A stretch of 20,000 nt of DNA from Chiloscyllium plagiosum (taxonomy: Eukaryota), in contig NC_057719.1 of assembly GCF_004010195.1 (NCBI RefSeq), positions 808,039 through 828,038 of the forward strand, read 5' to 3'. Under the pieces are notes generated by a model. The model made no database searches, was not told the origin of the DNA, and worked only from the letters and a program-made list of their open reading frames with translations. Positions 10,340-18,722 of the stretch are shown here, piece by piece. Each line of letters starts with the position of its first letter. The stretch's first letter is position 1. The position numbers and the translations under genes are program-made.

Positions 10340-10452
10340 TGCTTCCTCAAGCAGCTGTTTCCACAATGCTTGCTGTCAGTCTCAGGTGACTTGCTTTTCA
10401 AAATCTTTAAAAGGCTGTTTTAAAACAGTTCTTCCACAATTCATTCCATGGT
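10340..10452 (-). other. Candidate internal exon of the minus-strand gene (alternative acceptor at 10414)
   Basis: Acceptor tcttttttacttctgcgcttttcaag| and consensus donor GCA|gtaagtg. Second possible acceptor tgttttaaaacag| gives LLKILKSKSPETDSKHCGNSCLRKQ. Confidence 0.45.
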
Positions 10453-10747
10453 CTTGAAAAGCGCAGAAGTAAAAAAGACACATCCTTCCATCTCTGCAAA
10501 TTCTGCTGGGATTTTCTAACACCATTTTGTTTTTATTCCTGAGTTCCAGAATCCACAGTCTCTTTCTGTTTATATGGTAAGCTGCCTCATAGAACATGTG
10601 CTGTGGGTTGACCCACAATGCCCTTAGGGAGGGAATTCCAGGATTCTGACCCAGTGACACTGAAGGAACGGTGATGTATTTCCAAGTCAGGATGGTGAGG
10701 GGCTCGGAGGGGACCCTGCAGGGGGTGGGGGCGTTCCCATGTATCTT

Positions 10748-11082
10748 TTAAATTCATTTGGGGGAAGTGGGTGTCACTGGCTAAGCAGCGTTTATTGCCC
10801 ATCCCTAATTGCCCTGAGGGCAGTTAAGAATCAACCACATTGGCTGTGGGTCTGGACCGGACCAGAGCAGACCAGACCAGGTAAGGATGGCTGTTTCTTT
10901 CCCTAAAGTGACCCAGGTGGGTTTCCAACAATCGACAATGGTTTTATGGTCATCAGTAGACTCTAAATTCCAGGGTCTTTTTAAAAAAATGAATTCAAAT
11001 TCCACCATCTGTTGTGGTCAGAGTCAAACCTGGATCCCCACAACATTCCTGAATCTCCGGATGAACAGTGCAGTGATAACCC
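10748..11082 (-). mobile_element. tRNA-derived SINE with tail from the second LINE family
   Basis: Minus strand B-box-like ggtttgactct near 11020-11031. Tail gggcaattagggatgggcaataaacgctg matches the LINE 3' end at 19604-19658. Confidence 0.7.
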
Positions 11083-11096
11083 CTATATCCTCGGTG

Positions 11097-11627
11097 AAAC
11101 ATAAACAATAATTGCTGGAAAATGGCTGGTAGCACCTGTGGAGAAAAATCAGATTTAACGCTTCGGGTCCGGGGATCTTTCCTCAGAACTGATGGTAGCT
11201 GGGAAAAGGTGGAGAGGATGAGGTGGGAGGGGTGGGTGGGGGGGAAGGTGGAAGAGAAAGGGGAGAGGAGTAAATGATAGGTGGGGATAGAGTCCCAGGA
11301 GAGACAATAGATGGACAAAGGAATGGGTAACGATCTGGCTGGGAGGGTGAGTAGCTGTTAATGGGGGACTGTTGATGGCTAACAATGGGTTGTGTGTCAT
11401 AGTAGACGCTGGTAACAAAGCCTGGTGTGTGGGGGTTGGGGTAAGGACATGGGAGAGCTCAATCCCTAAAATTATTGAACTCGACATTGAGTGCAGAGGG
11501 CTGCAGGGTCCCCAAGTGGAAAATGAGGTGCTGTTCTTCCAGCTTACACTGAGCTTCACTGGAGCCCTGCATCAAACCTGAGACAGAGTTGTCCAGGAAA
11601 CAAGGTGGTAACAGGCAATGGGAAGCT
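11097..11627 (-). mobile_element. Penelope-like element (second subfamily), 3' end with GIY-YIG C-terminal remnant
   Basis: Minus strand reads SEAQCKLEEQHLIFHLGTLQPSALNVEFNNFRD* (~11459-11560), typical of the vertebrate PLE endonuclease C-terminus. Followed by a pyrimidine-rich UTR and a hammerhead-like core. Confidence 0.85.
11150..11192 (-). ncRNA. Degenerate hammerhead ribozyme motif
   Basis: Minus strand cagtt-CTGAGGA-aagatccccggaccc-GAAG-CGTTA-aatctg. GAAA changed to GAAG and stem II eroded. Confidence 0.5.
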
Positions 11628-11778
11628 CATGTGACTGTCAATCCTCCTTTCCAGGTGGGAGTGGGTTTGGAGGGTGCTGTCTCATGTCTAACAAAATTCT
11701 GCAGGGCATCTTGTAGATGGTACACACTGCTGCTACTGAGCGTTGGTGGTGGAGGGAGTGGATACTTGTGCATGTGGT

Positions 11779-11875
11779 CTATATTAGAGTGGTGCTGGAA
11801 AAGCACAGCAGGTCAGGCAGCATCCGAGGAGCAGGAAAATTGACGTTTTGGGCAAAAGCCCTTCATCAGGAAAAC
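11779..11875 (-). mobile_element. Short Penelope-like terminal fragment
   Basis: Same family as 2337-2490. 14-bp TSD with 1 mismatch, cttgtgcatgtggt (11765-11778) / cttgtggatgtggt (11876-11889). Confidence 0.82.
11836..11873 (-). ncRNA. Hammerhead motif with G12>A change
   Basis: Minus strand ttc-CTGATGA-agggc-tttt-gccc-AAAA-CGTC-aatt. GAAA changed to AAAA at a CpG. Confidence 0.62.
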
Positions 11876-11920
11876 CTTGTGGATGTGGTGCCAATCAAGT
11901 AGCTACTTTGTCCTGGATAG

Positions 11921-12239
11921 TCATAGAGTCATAGAGATGTACAGCACGGAAACAGACCCATCGGTCCAACCCGTCCATGCTGACCAGATATCCCAACCCA
12001 ATCTAGTCCCACTTGCCAGCACCCGGCCCATATCCCTCCAAACCCTTCCTATTGATATACCCATCCAAATGCCTCTTAAATGTGGCAATTGTACCAGCCT
12101 CCACCACTTCCTCTGGCAGCTCATTCCATACACGTACCACCCTCTGTGTGAAAAGGTGTAAATCTTTTCTGAACCCTTTCAAGTTTCCCAACATCTTTCC
12201 GATGGGAAGGAGACCAGAATTGTACACAGTATTCCAACA
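11921..12239 (-). mobile_element. CR1/HER1 3' fragment with internal deletion, nested in the host LINE
   Basis: FTQRVVRVWNELPEEVVEAG joined directly at ~12156 to upstream ORF2 sequence. (ctctatga)n tail. TSD-like gatagt (11916-11921) / gatggt (12240-12245). Confidence 0.9.
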
Positions 12240-12417
12240 GATGGTGTTGAGCCTCTTGAGTGTTGTTGGACCTGCACCCATCACATTCCTAACTTGTACC
12301 TTGTTAGGAAGTGAGTTAATGCCGTATTCCTAGCCTCTGACCTGTCATTGTGTTTATGTGGTGAGTCCAACTGAGTTTGTGGTTATTAGTAACCCCTAGG
12401 ATGTTAATAGTGGGGGA

Positions 12418-12452
12418 CTGAATGAAGGGCTTATGCCCGAAACGTCGATTCT
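12418..12452 (+). ncRNA. Hammerhead motif, 5' core altered at the insertion junction
   Basis: CTGAATGA (one extra base), a, gggc-ttat-gccc, GAAA, CGTC, gattc. Confidence 0.6.
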
Positions 12453-12538
12453 CCTGCTCCTTGGACGCTGCCTGACCTGCTGCGCTTTTCCAGCACCACA
12501 CTCTCGCCTCTGATCCTCAGTCCTTGCTTTCTCCTGAG
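12418..12538 (+). mobile_element. Short Penelope-like terminal fragment beginning inside the hammerhead core
   Basis: ctgaatgaagggcttatgcccgaaacgtcgattctcctgctcc...ctcagtccttgctttctc; ctga at both junctions. Confidence 0.8.
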
Positions 12539-12750
12539 TGAAGGTAATGATGTCAGATTGTCTCTTATTGGAGATAGTCATGACCTGGCATTTATGTGGC
12601 ACAAATTATATTTGACATTTGTCAGCCCAAGCCTGGATATTGTCCAGATATTGTTGCATTTAGACATGGATTGCTTCAGTATCTGAAGTCGTTGTTAATG
12701 GTGCTGAGCATTGTGTAATCATTGGTGAATTGCCCCACTTCTGACTTTAT

Positions 12751-13082
12751 CTATAGAATAGAATCCCTGCAATGTGGAAGCAGGCCATTCGGCCCATTAT
12801 GTCCACACCGATCCTCCAAACAACAGCCTACCCAAATTCCCATCATATTCCTGCAGCCCTGCATTTTCCATGGCAAGCCTAACTAACCTGCACATCCCTG
12901 AACACTGTGGGCAATCCCATGGCCAATTCACCTGACCTGCACATCTTTGGACTGTGGGAGGAAACCCACGCAGACACGGGGAGAATGTGCAAACTCCACA
13001 CAGACAGTCACCCGAGGCTGGAATCGAACCCGGGTCCCTGGTGCTGTGAGGCAGCAGTGCTAACTGCTGAGCTACCGTGCTG
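12751..13082 (-). mobile_element. HE1-like SINE nested in the host LINE RT region
   Basis: Full head (gcacggtagctcagcagttagcactgctgcc; ggttcgattcc) and (ttcta)n tail. TSD-like ctttat / cttat. Confidence 0.92.
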
Positions 13083-13213
13083 CTTATGATGGAGGGAAGG
13101 TCATTGATGAAGCAGCTGAAGATGATTGGATCTAGGACACTCCCCTGAGGAACTCCTGCAGAGATGTCCTGGAGCTGGGATGACAGACCTCCAACAACCA
13201 CAGCCACAACCAA

Positions 13214-13490
13214 GCAGCTGTGTTAACCACTGAGCCACTGTGGGGGCCTGGATTCGATTCCAGCCTCGGGTGACTGACTGTGTGGGGTTTGCACATTCTC
13301 CCCGTGTCTGCGTGGGTTTCCTCCCACAGTCCAAAAGATGTGCAGATTAGGGTGGATTGGTCATGCTAAATTTTCCATAGTGTTATGTACATTAGTCAGG
13401 GGGAAATGATTTTGGGTGGGTTACTCTTCAGAGGGTCGATGTGGACTCGTTGGGCTGAAGGGCCTGTTTTCACACTGTTGGGAATCTGAT
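13214..13490 (+). mobile_element. HE1-like SINE with inverted 5' head
   Basis: 13214-13242 is the reverse complement of the SINE head (cacagtggctcagtggttaacacagctgc); the body from 13243 on is on the + strand. Confidence 0.85.
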
Positions 13491-13643
13491 CTTCCTACGT
13501 GCCAGGTCTGACTTTAACCAGTGGGAGTTTGCCCGCCGATACCCATTCACTCCAGTTTTACTCCCTAATGCTGCATTGCCTGAGAACTTAAGAGTTTGTT
13601 TCCATGTGTCGGTTGAATGCATTTGGCTCGACCTCCCTGATAC

Positions 13644-13674
13644 CTTGCTGCACTTTCCTCTCTAACCTGCAGTC
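13644..13674 (-). CDS. Candidate 31-nt exon (GLQVREESAAR/S)
   Basis: Acceptor catctctgcccttcag| and donor AAG|gtatca, in a small unique island between repeats. Confidence 0.4.
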
Positions 13675-13704
13675 CTGAAGGGCAGAGATGGCCTGCATGT
13701 AAAC

Positions 13705-14007
13705 GGCACGGTGGCTCAGTGGTTAGCACTGCTGCCTCACAGCGCCAGAGACCCGGGTTCAATCCCAGCCTCGGACAACTGACTGTGTGGAGTTTGCACA
13801 TTCTCCCCATGTCTGTGTGGGTTTCCTCCGGGTGCTCCGGTTTCCTCTCACAGTCCAACGATGTGCAGGGCAGGGTGAATTGGCCATGCTAAGTTGCCCC
13901 TAGTGTTAGGGGAATGGGTCTGGGTGGGTTGCTCTTTGGAGGGTTGGTGTGGACTTGTTGGGCTGAAGGGCCTGTTTCCACACTGTAGGTAATCTAAACA
14001 TCTAAAC
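13705..14007 (+). mobile_element. HE1-like SINE, full length, best-preserved copy
   Basis: A box tggctcagtgg (13712-13722), B box ggttcaatccc (13756-13766), core, CR1-like tail, (atctaa)n end, taaac at both sides. Confidence 0.95.
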
Positions 14008-14099
14008 CCAAAGCTGATGTCATCTGCTCACCAACCAACTTCATCCATCTCCTTAGGCACTGCCAGAGCTGAGTGTAGGAGCCTCCATGCTGTTGTCTG

Positions 14100-14790
14100 T
14101 GAACCATATACGTCTCCTCAGCCTCTCTGCGTCCTTATTAATGAAACCTTGGATACTGGCTGCTTCATTAAATGCGCTCTCAGCCTGTCTCACCACCTTC
14201 AATAATTGATGCACATATGGCCCAGGTCTCTCGGTCCCTCTCTGTGGAGTAATACCTTTTTAAATATATCGTTTTTCTGTGTCCTTCACATCAAACTGCA
14301 ACACCTCACCTTTCTCTGCACTGAACTTCATCTGCCACCTAACCGCCCACTCCACCAATCTGTTTCTATTCTGTTGGAGTTTGACACTGACCTCCTCACA
14401 GTTTGCAGTGTTCCCAGGTATTGTCCTGTCTATGAACTTTGAAACTGTGCTGTGTGTCCGAGGTGCGTGTCATGAATATGTATCAGAAGGAGCAAGCTTC
14501 CTGTGGGATCTCCACTGGATATGGTCCTCCAGTCTGAAAAATATTCATTAACCATTATAATCTGTTTCTGATTGTTCAGCTAACTTGGTATCAGGATTGC
14601 TAATTCCATGAGCTATAATGTGTCTCAAATCCACCGAGCAATACTTAATCAAATGTCTTTCGGAATACACACTCACGAGCAGTATAACCATCATTATCCT
14701 TTTGTTACCACTCTCACTGACTGGCATGTTTCAGGTACTGTTTTTCTTTAAGAAATCCATGCTGGCAGATCTTTAATTAAGTCGCTTTTG
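14100..14790 (-). mobile_element. Ancient, highly diverged CR1 RT fragment
   Basis: acacctcacctttctctgcactgaacttcatctgccac is the reverse complement of the WQMKFSAEK motif; colinear with 4400-4800. Confidence 0.75.
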
Positions 14791-14924
14791 ACCATGTGCT
14801 GATTAATTTTGTCGTGAATTATTGTATCTGGGTTTCTCCACCTCTAAGGTTAAAGCGTGCAGTCAGACAGTTCAAAACATTGCAGCCGATTAAATATCAT
14901 TACAGTGTAGTTGCTGCTACAATC

Positions 14925-15240
14925 ATCATTGAATCCCTGCAGCATAGAAGCAGGCCATTCGGCCCATTATCTCCACACCGACCTTCCAAAGAACATCCCA
15001 CCCAAACCTATCCCTGCATTTCCCATGGCTAACACACCTAGCCTGCAAAATCCTGGACACTATGGGCAATTTAGCATGGCCAATCCACCCTAACCTGCAC
15101 ATCTATGGGGAGAAACCAGAGCACCCACGCAGACACGGGGAGAATGTGCAAACTCCACACAGACAGTCACCCGAGGCTGGATTCGAACCTGGGTCCCTGG
15201 GGCTGAGAGGCAGCAGTGCTAACCACTGAGCTGCTACTGT
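14925..15240 (-). mobile_element. HE1-like SINE
   Basis: Head (gctcagtggttagcactgctgcc; ggttcgaatcc), core and tail as in 12751-13082. Confidence 0.92.
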
Positions 15241-15344
15241 AGGGAGCAGGTCCATAAAGAGGGTTGTTGTTCAGCGAATCTGTTGATGTGATGTTGAATG
15301 AGAGACAAGTGAAATGATGCTGATCTAAAGAATATAAATCAGCA

Positions 15345-15510
15345 TATAGTTTGTCCATCTTCCCCTTCAAAGCATCTGTCCTTTTCATCTCAACCACCCT
15401 CTCGAGTTTCCTATTCTCCAGCTGCTTCTCCTGAATTCCCGATTGGATTTATTTGTGACCACTTCAGATGTCCCTGAATCTGGAATCTTCCCACAAGAGG
15501 AAACGTCACT
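15345..15510 (-). mobile_element. Ancient CR1 3' relic
   Basis: Minus peptide MVEMKRTDALKGKMDKLY resembles VVEA..IDAFKGKLDKYM. Confidence 0.55.
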
Positions 15511-15594
15511 GTTACCCCACCTCTGGGATAATTACAGCTTCTTCTCGTCTCACCGCTGGGTTACCTTAACCTGCTGCAGTTCAGGATTCCTCAC

Positions 15595-15628
15595 CCTGTC
15601 CATATTCCAATGAATCCAGACCCTTTAT
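15595..15628 (-). CDS. Candidate 34-nt exon (IKGLDSLEYGQG)
   Basis: Acceptor aactctgcag| and strong donor AGG|gtgagg; phase 1 end fits the 13644-13674 exon. Confidence 0.4.
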
Positions 15629-15826
15629 CTGCAGAGTTTTATAAATGATGATTATTTGTTTAAGTTTGGAAGTGAAATCCCAAGGCTGGTGCATTCAGCA
15701 TGTCCTCCGATTCATGAGCACGGTCACTGCCAGCTTCAAGCTCCAATCACCTTCGTTCCTTCTCATCCTGACCTGAGCAATGGAGGTTTTATGTGAAATC
15801 TCAGAGCTGTGTGGACACTGACTCAC

Positions 15827-15855
15827 CTTACAGGAATCCCAGCAGCACTGTCTCA
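15827..15855 (-). CDS. Candidate 29-nt exon (xRQCCWDSCK)
   Basis: Consensus donor AAG|gtgagt. Weak acceptor cttcatag| overlaps a SINE relic, so the 5' boundary is doubtful. Confidence 0.28.
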
Positions 15856-15911
15856 CTATGAAGCTCTCACCTTGAATTAAAAGCCCATTGGTTCAAATCC
15901 CACTCCCAGAG
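15843..15911 (+). mobile_element. Decayed tRNA-derived SINE head
   Basis: ctctcaccttgaattaaaag...ggttcaaatcccactcccagag with a B box. Confidence 0.5.
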
Positions 15912-16172
15912 TAAAACGGTGATGGGAATTCACACCAAAGATATCATCAACTCATGTAGCACCCATTCACAGCTCCAGAACAGCTCAAACTGCACAATAT
16001 CGGTTCTGATCTAAAACAATATGGACACTGTGTCAAAGCTATGCTGTGTTTAAACATTCCCATCCCATCCCATCCTTTCTGCTTTTTCTGAAACTGTCCA
16101 ACACGCCTGACCTTGTTCATGTATTCACCAACGTTTGGTGTTGCTAATGAGAGGCTTGGGCAACGTCATCGT

Positions 16173-16504
16173 CAGTGTAGAGGGAGCTTTACTCTGTATC
16201 TAACCCCGTGCTGTCCCTGTCCTGGGAGTGTTTGATGGGGACAGTGTAGAGGGAGCTTTACTCTGTATCTAACCTCCGGCTGTCCCTGTCCTGGGAGTGT
16301 TTGTTGGGGGACAGTGTAGAGAGAGCTTTACTCTGTATCAAACCCTGGGCTGTCCCTGTCCTGGGAGTGTTTGATGGGGACAGTGTAGAGGGAGCTTTAC
16401 TCTGTATCTAACCCTGTGCTGTCCCTGTCCTGGGAGTGTTTGATGGGGGACAGTGTCGAGGGAGCTTTACTCTGTATCTAACCCCGTGCTGTCCCTGTCC
16501 TGGG
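16173..16504. repeat. Minisatellite, 69-70 bp unit, ~4.8 copies
   Basis: Unit cagtgtagagggagctttactctgtatctaaccccgtgctgtccctgtcctgggagtgtttgatgggga starts at 16173, 16242, 16312, 16381 and 16451. Confidence 0.97.
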
Positions 16505-16559
16505 GATATTAAAAAATATAACAGGACATTCAGCTGAATGACTCTGTACCATCAAATAT

Positions 16560-17135
16560 ACAGGAAACCTACACTCGTCCCACTTTCCCACATTGGGCCC
16601 ACTGCCTTGAATGTTGTGTTGTTTCAGGCCCATCCAAGTACCTTTTTAAAGGTTGTGAAGTTTCCCACCTCAGCTTCCCCCTCAGGCAGTGCATTCCTCA
16701 AATCACCTCTCGATCTTCTGCCTTTCACTTGCAGATGTACCCCCTTATTACTGACCCTTCAGTAAGGGGAACAGCTGCTTTCTGTTCACCCTGTCCATGC
16801 CCCTAAAGATCATAAACACCACTATTAGGTTCCCCCTCAAACACCTTCTCCACTCTGGTGAATCCCCTCTGCCCCCTCCTCCAGTGTTATCCCATCCTTC
16901 CTATCGTGTGGGGACCAGAACTGCCCACAGTGCTCCAGCTGTGGCCTCACCAAAGTCCTGTACAGCTCCAACACCACCTCCCTGCTCTTACCATCTATAC
17001 CTGAGCTGATAAAGGCAAGTCTGCTGTATCCCTCCTTTACCACGTTATTAACGTCGTTCCACCTTCAGGGATCTGTGCACAGCTCCCCAGGATACTTCTG
17101 TTCCTCTGAGTTCACTAGTGTCCAGCCAGTCATTG
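16560..17135 (-). mobile_element. CR1 LINE 3' fragment with several deletions
   Basis: LAFISSGIDGKSREVVLELYRTLVRPQLEHCGQFWSPHDRKD. Confidence 0.88.
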
Positions 17136-17264
17136 AGTGTAGGGGAGGTTTGAAATGTAGAAATGTATTCCATGTTTGTGGTAACAGCTGAAAAGCTTAT
17201 CACAGCAAATCACAACAGCAGGATTTGTAAATGGTGTTAAATAATTTTCTGAAATTAACAATAC

Positions 17265-17319
17265 ATAGTTTTTGATATTTAAATCTGTCTTCAACACTCA
17301 TTACTTCAGCTTTATGAAT
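17265..17319 (-). CDS. Candidate 55-nt exon (IHKAEVMSVEDRFKYQKL)
   Basis: Acceptor atttttaatgctacag|, donor CTAT|gtattg (or GAA|gtaatg). Only one frame is open; AT-rich intron-like flanks. Confidence 0.35.
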
Positions 17320-17646
17320 CTGTAGCATTAAAAATATACATTCATTAGTCCAAAAACCATCAGCCCTGGGGCACGAGGGGAGAGGGGGAGGGGAGAGGGG
17401 GTAAATCCCAATGGGTTCTATTCCATTGGGACTCAGTCTCATTGTTGGGTCAAAGCTGCAGCTTCCTGCCCCTGAGCCCGTGTTTTGGTGAATTCCGGGC
17501 CAGCTCCACGGCATCCTCTATCAGGACAGGGCCAACGGTAAGGGGATAGGGAATGGTGAGGGGTAGAGTGGCTTCACTGGTGAAGGGGAGGGCTGTGCCT
17601 CAGAGTAATGACCAGATGTGGCCGGACTAATGGCCAGGTGATGACT

Positions 17647-18516
17647 GGACAGTGAGTGGATATGGCCAGACAGTGCATGGACGGGCCCAGATAGTGAGTG
17701 GACAGTGAGTGGACAGTGGCCGGACGGGCCCAGATAGTGAGTGGACAGTGAGTGGACAGTGGCCGGACGGGCCCGGATAGCGAGTGGACAGTGAGTGGAC
17801 AGTGGCCAGACGGGCCTGGACAGTGAATGGACAGTGGCTGGACGGGCCCGGACAGTGAGTGGACAGTGGCCAGACAGTGAGTGGACAGTGGCCGGACAGG
17901 CCCGGACAGTGAGTGGGCAGTGGCTGGACGGGCCCAGACAGTGAGTGGGCAGTGGCCGGATGGGCCCGGACAGTGAGTGGACAGTGGCCGGACATTGAGT
18001 GGACATTGGCCGGACAGTGAGTGGACAGTGGCTGGATGGGCCCGGACAGTGAGTGGACAGTGGCCAGACAGGCCCGGACAGTGAGTGGACAGTGGCCGGA
18101 CAGTGAGTGGACAGTGGCCGGACAGGCCCGGACAGTGAGTGGACAGTGGCCGGACGGGCCTGGACAGTGAGTGGACAGTGGCCGGACAGTGAGTGGACAG
18201 TGGCCGGACAGTGAGTGGACAGTGGCCGGACGGGCCCGGACAGTGAGTGGACAGTGGCCGGACAGTGAGTGGGCAGTGGCCGGATGGGCCCGGACAGTGA
18301 GTGGACAGTGGCTGGACATTGAGTGGACATTGGCCGGACAGTGAGTGGACAGTGGCTGGATGGGCCCGGACAGTGAGTGGACAGTGGCCAGACAGGCCCG
18401 GACAGTGAGTGGACAGTGGCCGGACGGGCCCGGACAGTGAGTGGACAGTGGCCGGACAGTGAGTGGACAGTGGCCGGACGGGCCCGGACAGTGAGTGGAC
18501 AGTGGCCGGACAGTGG
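17647..18516. repeat. GC-rich compound minisatellite of 10-11 bp units
   Basis: Units ggacagtgagt, ggacagtggcc and ggac(g/a)ggccc arranged as 22- and 32-bp modules; ~870 bp; degenerate at the left end. Confidence 0.97.
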
Positions 18517-18585
18517 AGGTGCACTCGGCCTGGGTTGTGTGGAAACGGCGATGCAGCTTCACTGGACACAGGAAGAGTCAAAGCG

Positions 18586-18722
18586 ACAGCCAATGACAGG
18601 AGAGAGAACATTGAAAAGCAGCAAATGGCATGAGCCTGAGGGAGGAGGGGGCGTGGTTATGATTGGATCACGTGGTGTGGGGCAGGGCCTGGTAAAGTTC
18701 GGGAACTTTGTGAAGTATAAAC
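18586..18722. promoter_or_regulatory. Promoter-like motif cluster
   Basis: agCCAATga (CCAAT 18590-18594), GC box ggggcgtgg (18648-18656), ATTGG (18662-18666), E-box CACGTG (18669-18674), palindrome aaagttc-gg-gaacttt (18694-18709), TATAAA (18716-18721). Confidence 0.55.

Larger units (their letters stand above)
10595..13565 (-). mobile_element. Host LINE (CR1/L2 group, second family) interrupted by seven nested insertions
   Basis: RT motif ISAGVPQGSVLDPIIFSCFINDLPSII (13085-13210) and PHKCQVMTISNKR. Pieces 10595-10746 and 11628-11778 are colinear with the uninterrupted copy at 19700-20000. Confidence 0.88.

Noticed and set aside
12283..12313. Hairpin ttcctaac-N9-gttaggaa
   Set aside because: Lies inside a decayed LINE; short enough to be chance or inherited from the element.
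13705..13775. tRNA gene
   Set aside because: The A and B boxes belong to a SINE head that continues into the SINE core and LINE-derived tail; the same holds for the other copies.
15827..15855. Insulin/relaxin A-chain (CCxxxC)
   Set aside because: No fourth Cys at the expected spacing and no B-chain exon found.
15965..16010. Extra minus-strand exon with a CxxU-like YCAV-TGA reading
   Set aside because: The acceptor (ttgttttag) is plausible, but there is no convincing donor, further TGA codons follow and there is no thioredoxin-fold similarity.
16173..16504. CRISPR-like array
   Set aside because: Units are contiguous and near-identical with no unique spacers; eukaryotic context and no cas genes.
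17647..18516. V(D)J recombination signal sequences (acagtg)
   Set aside because: The heptamer reads GACAGTG, lacking the essential CAC; no nonamer or V/J segments.
17521..18611. Three long overlapping minus-strand ORFs (269-345 aa, HCP/PLST repeats)
   Set aside because: They follow from a tandem repeat lacking stop codons on that strand; all three frames being open argues against coding selection.
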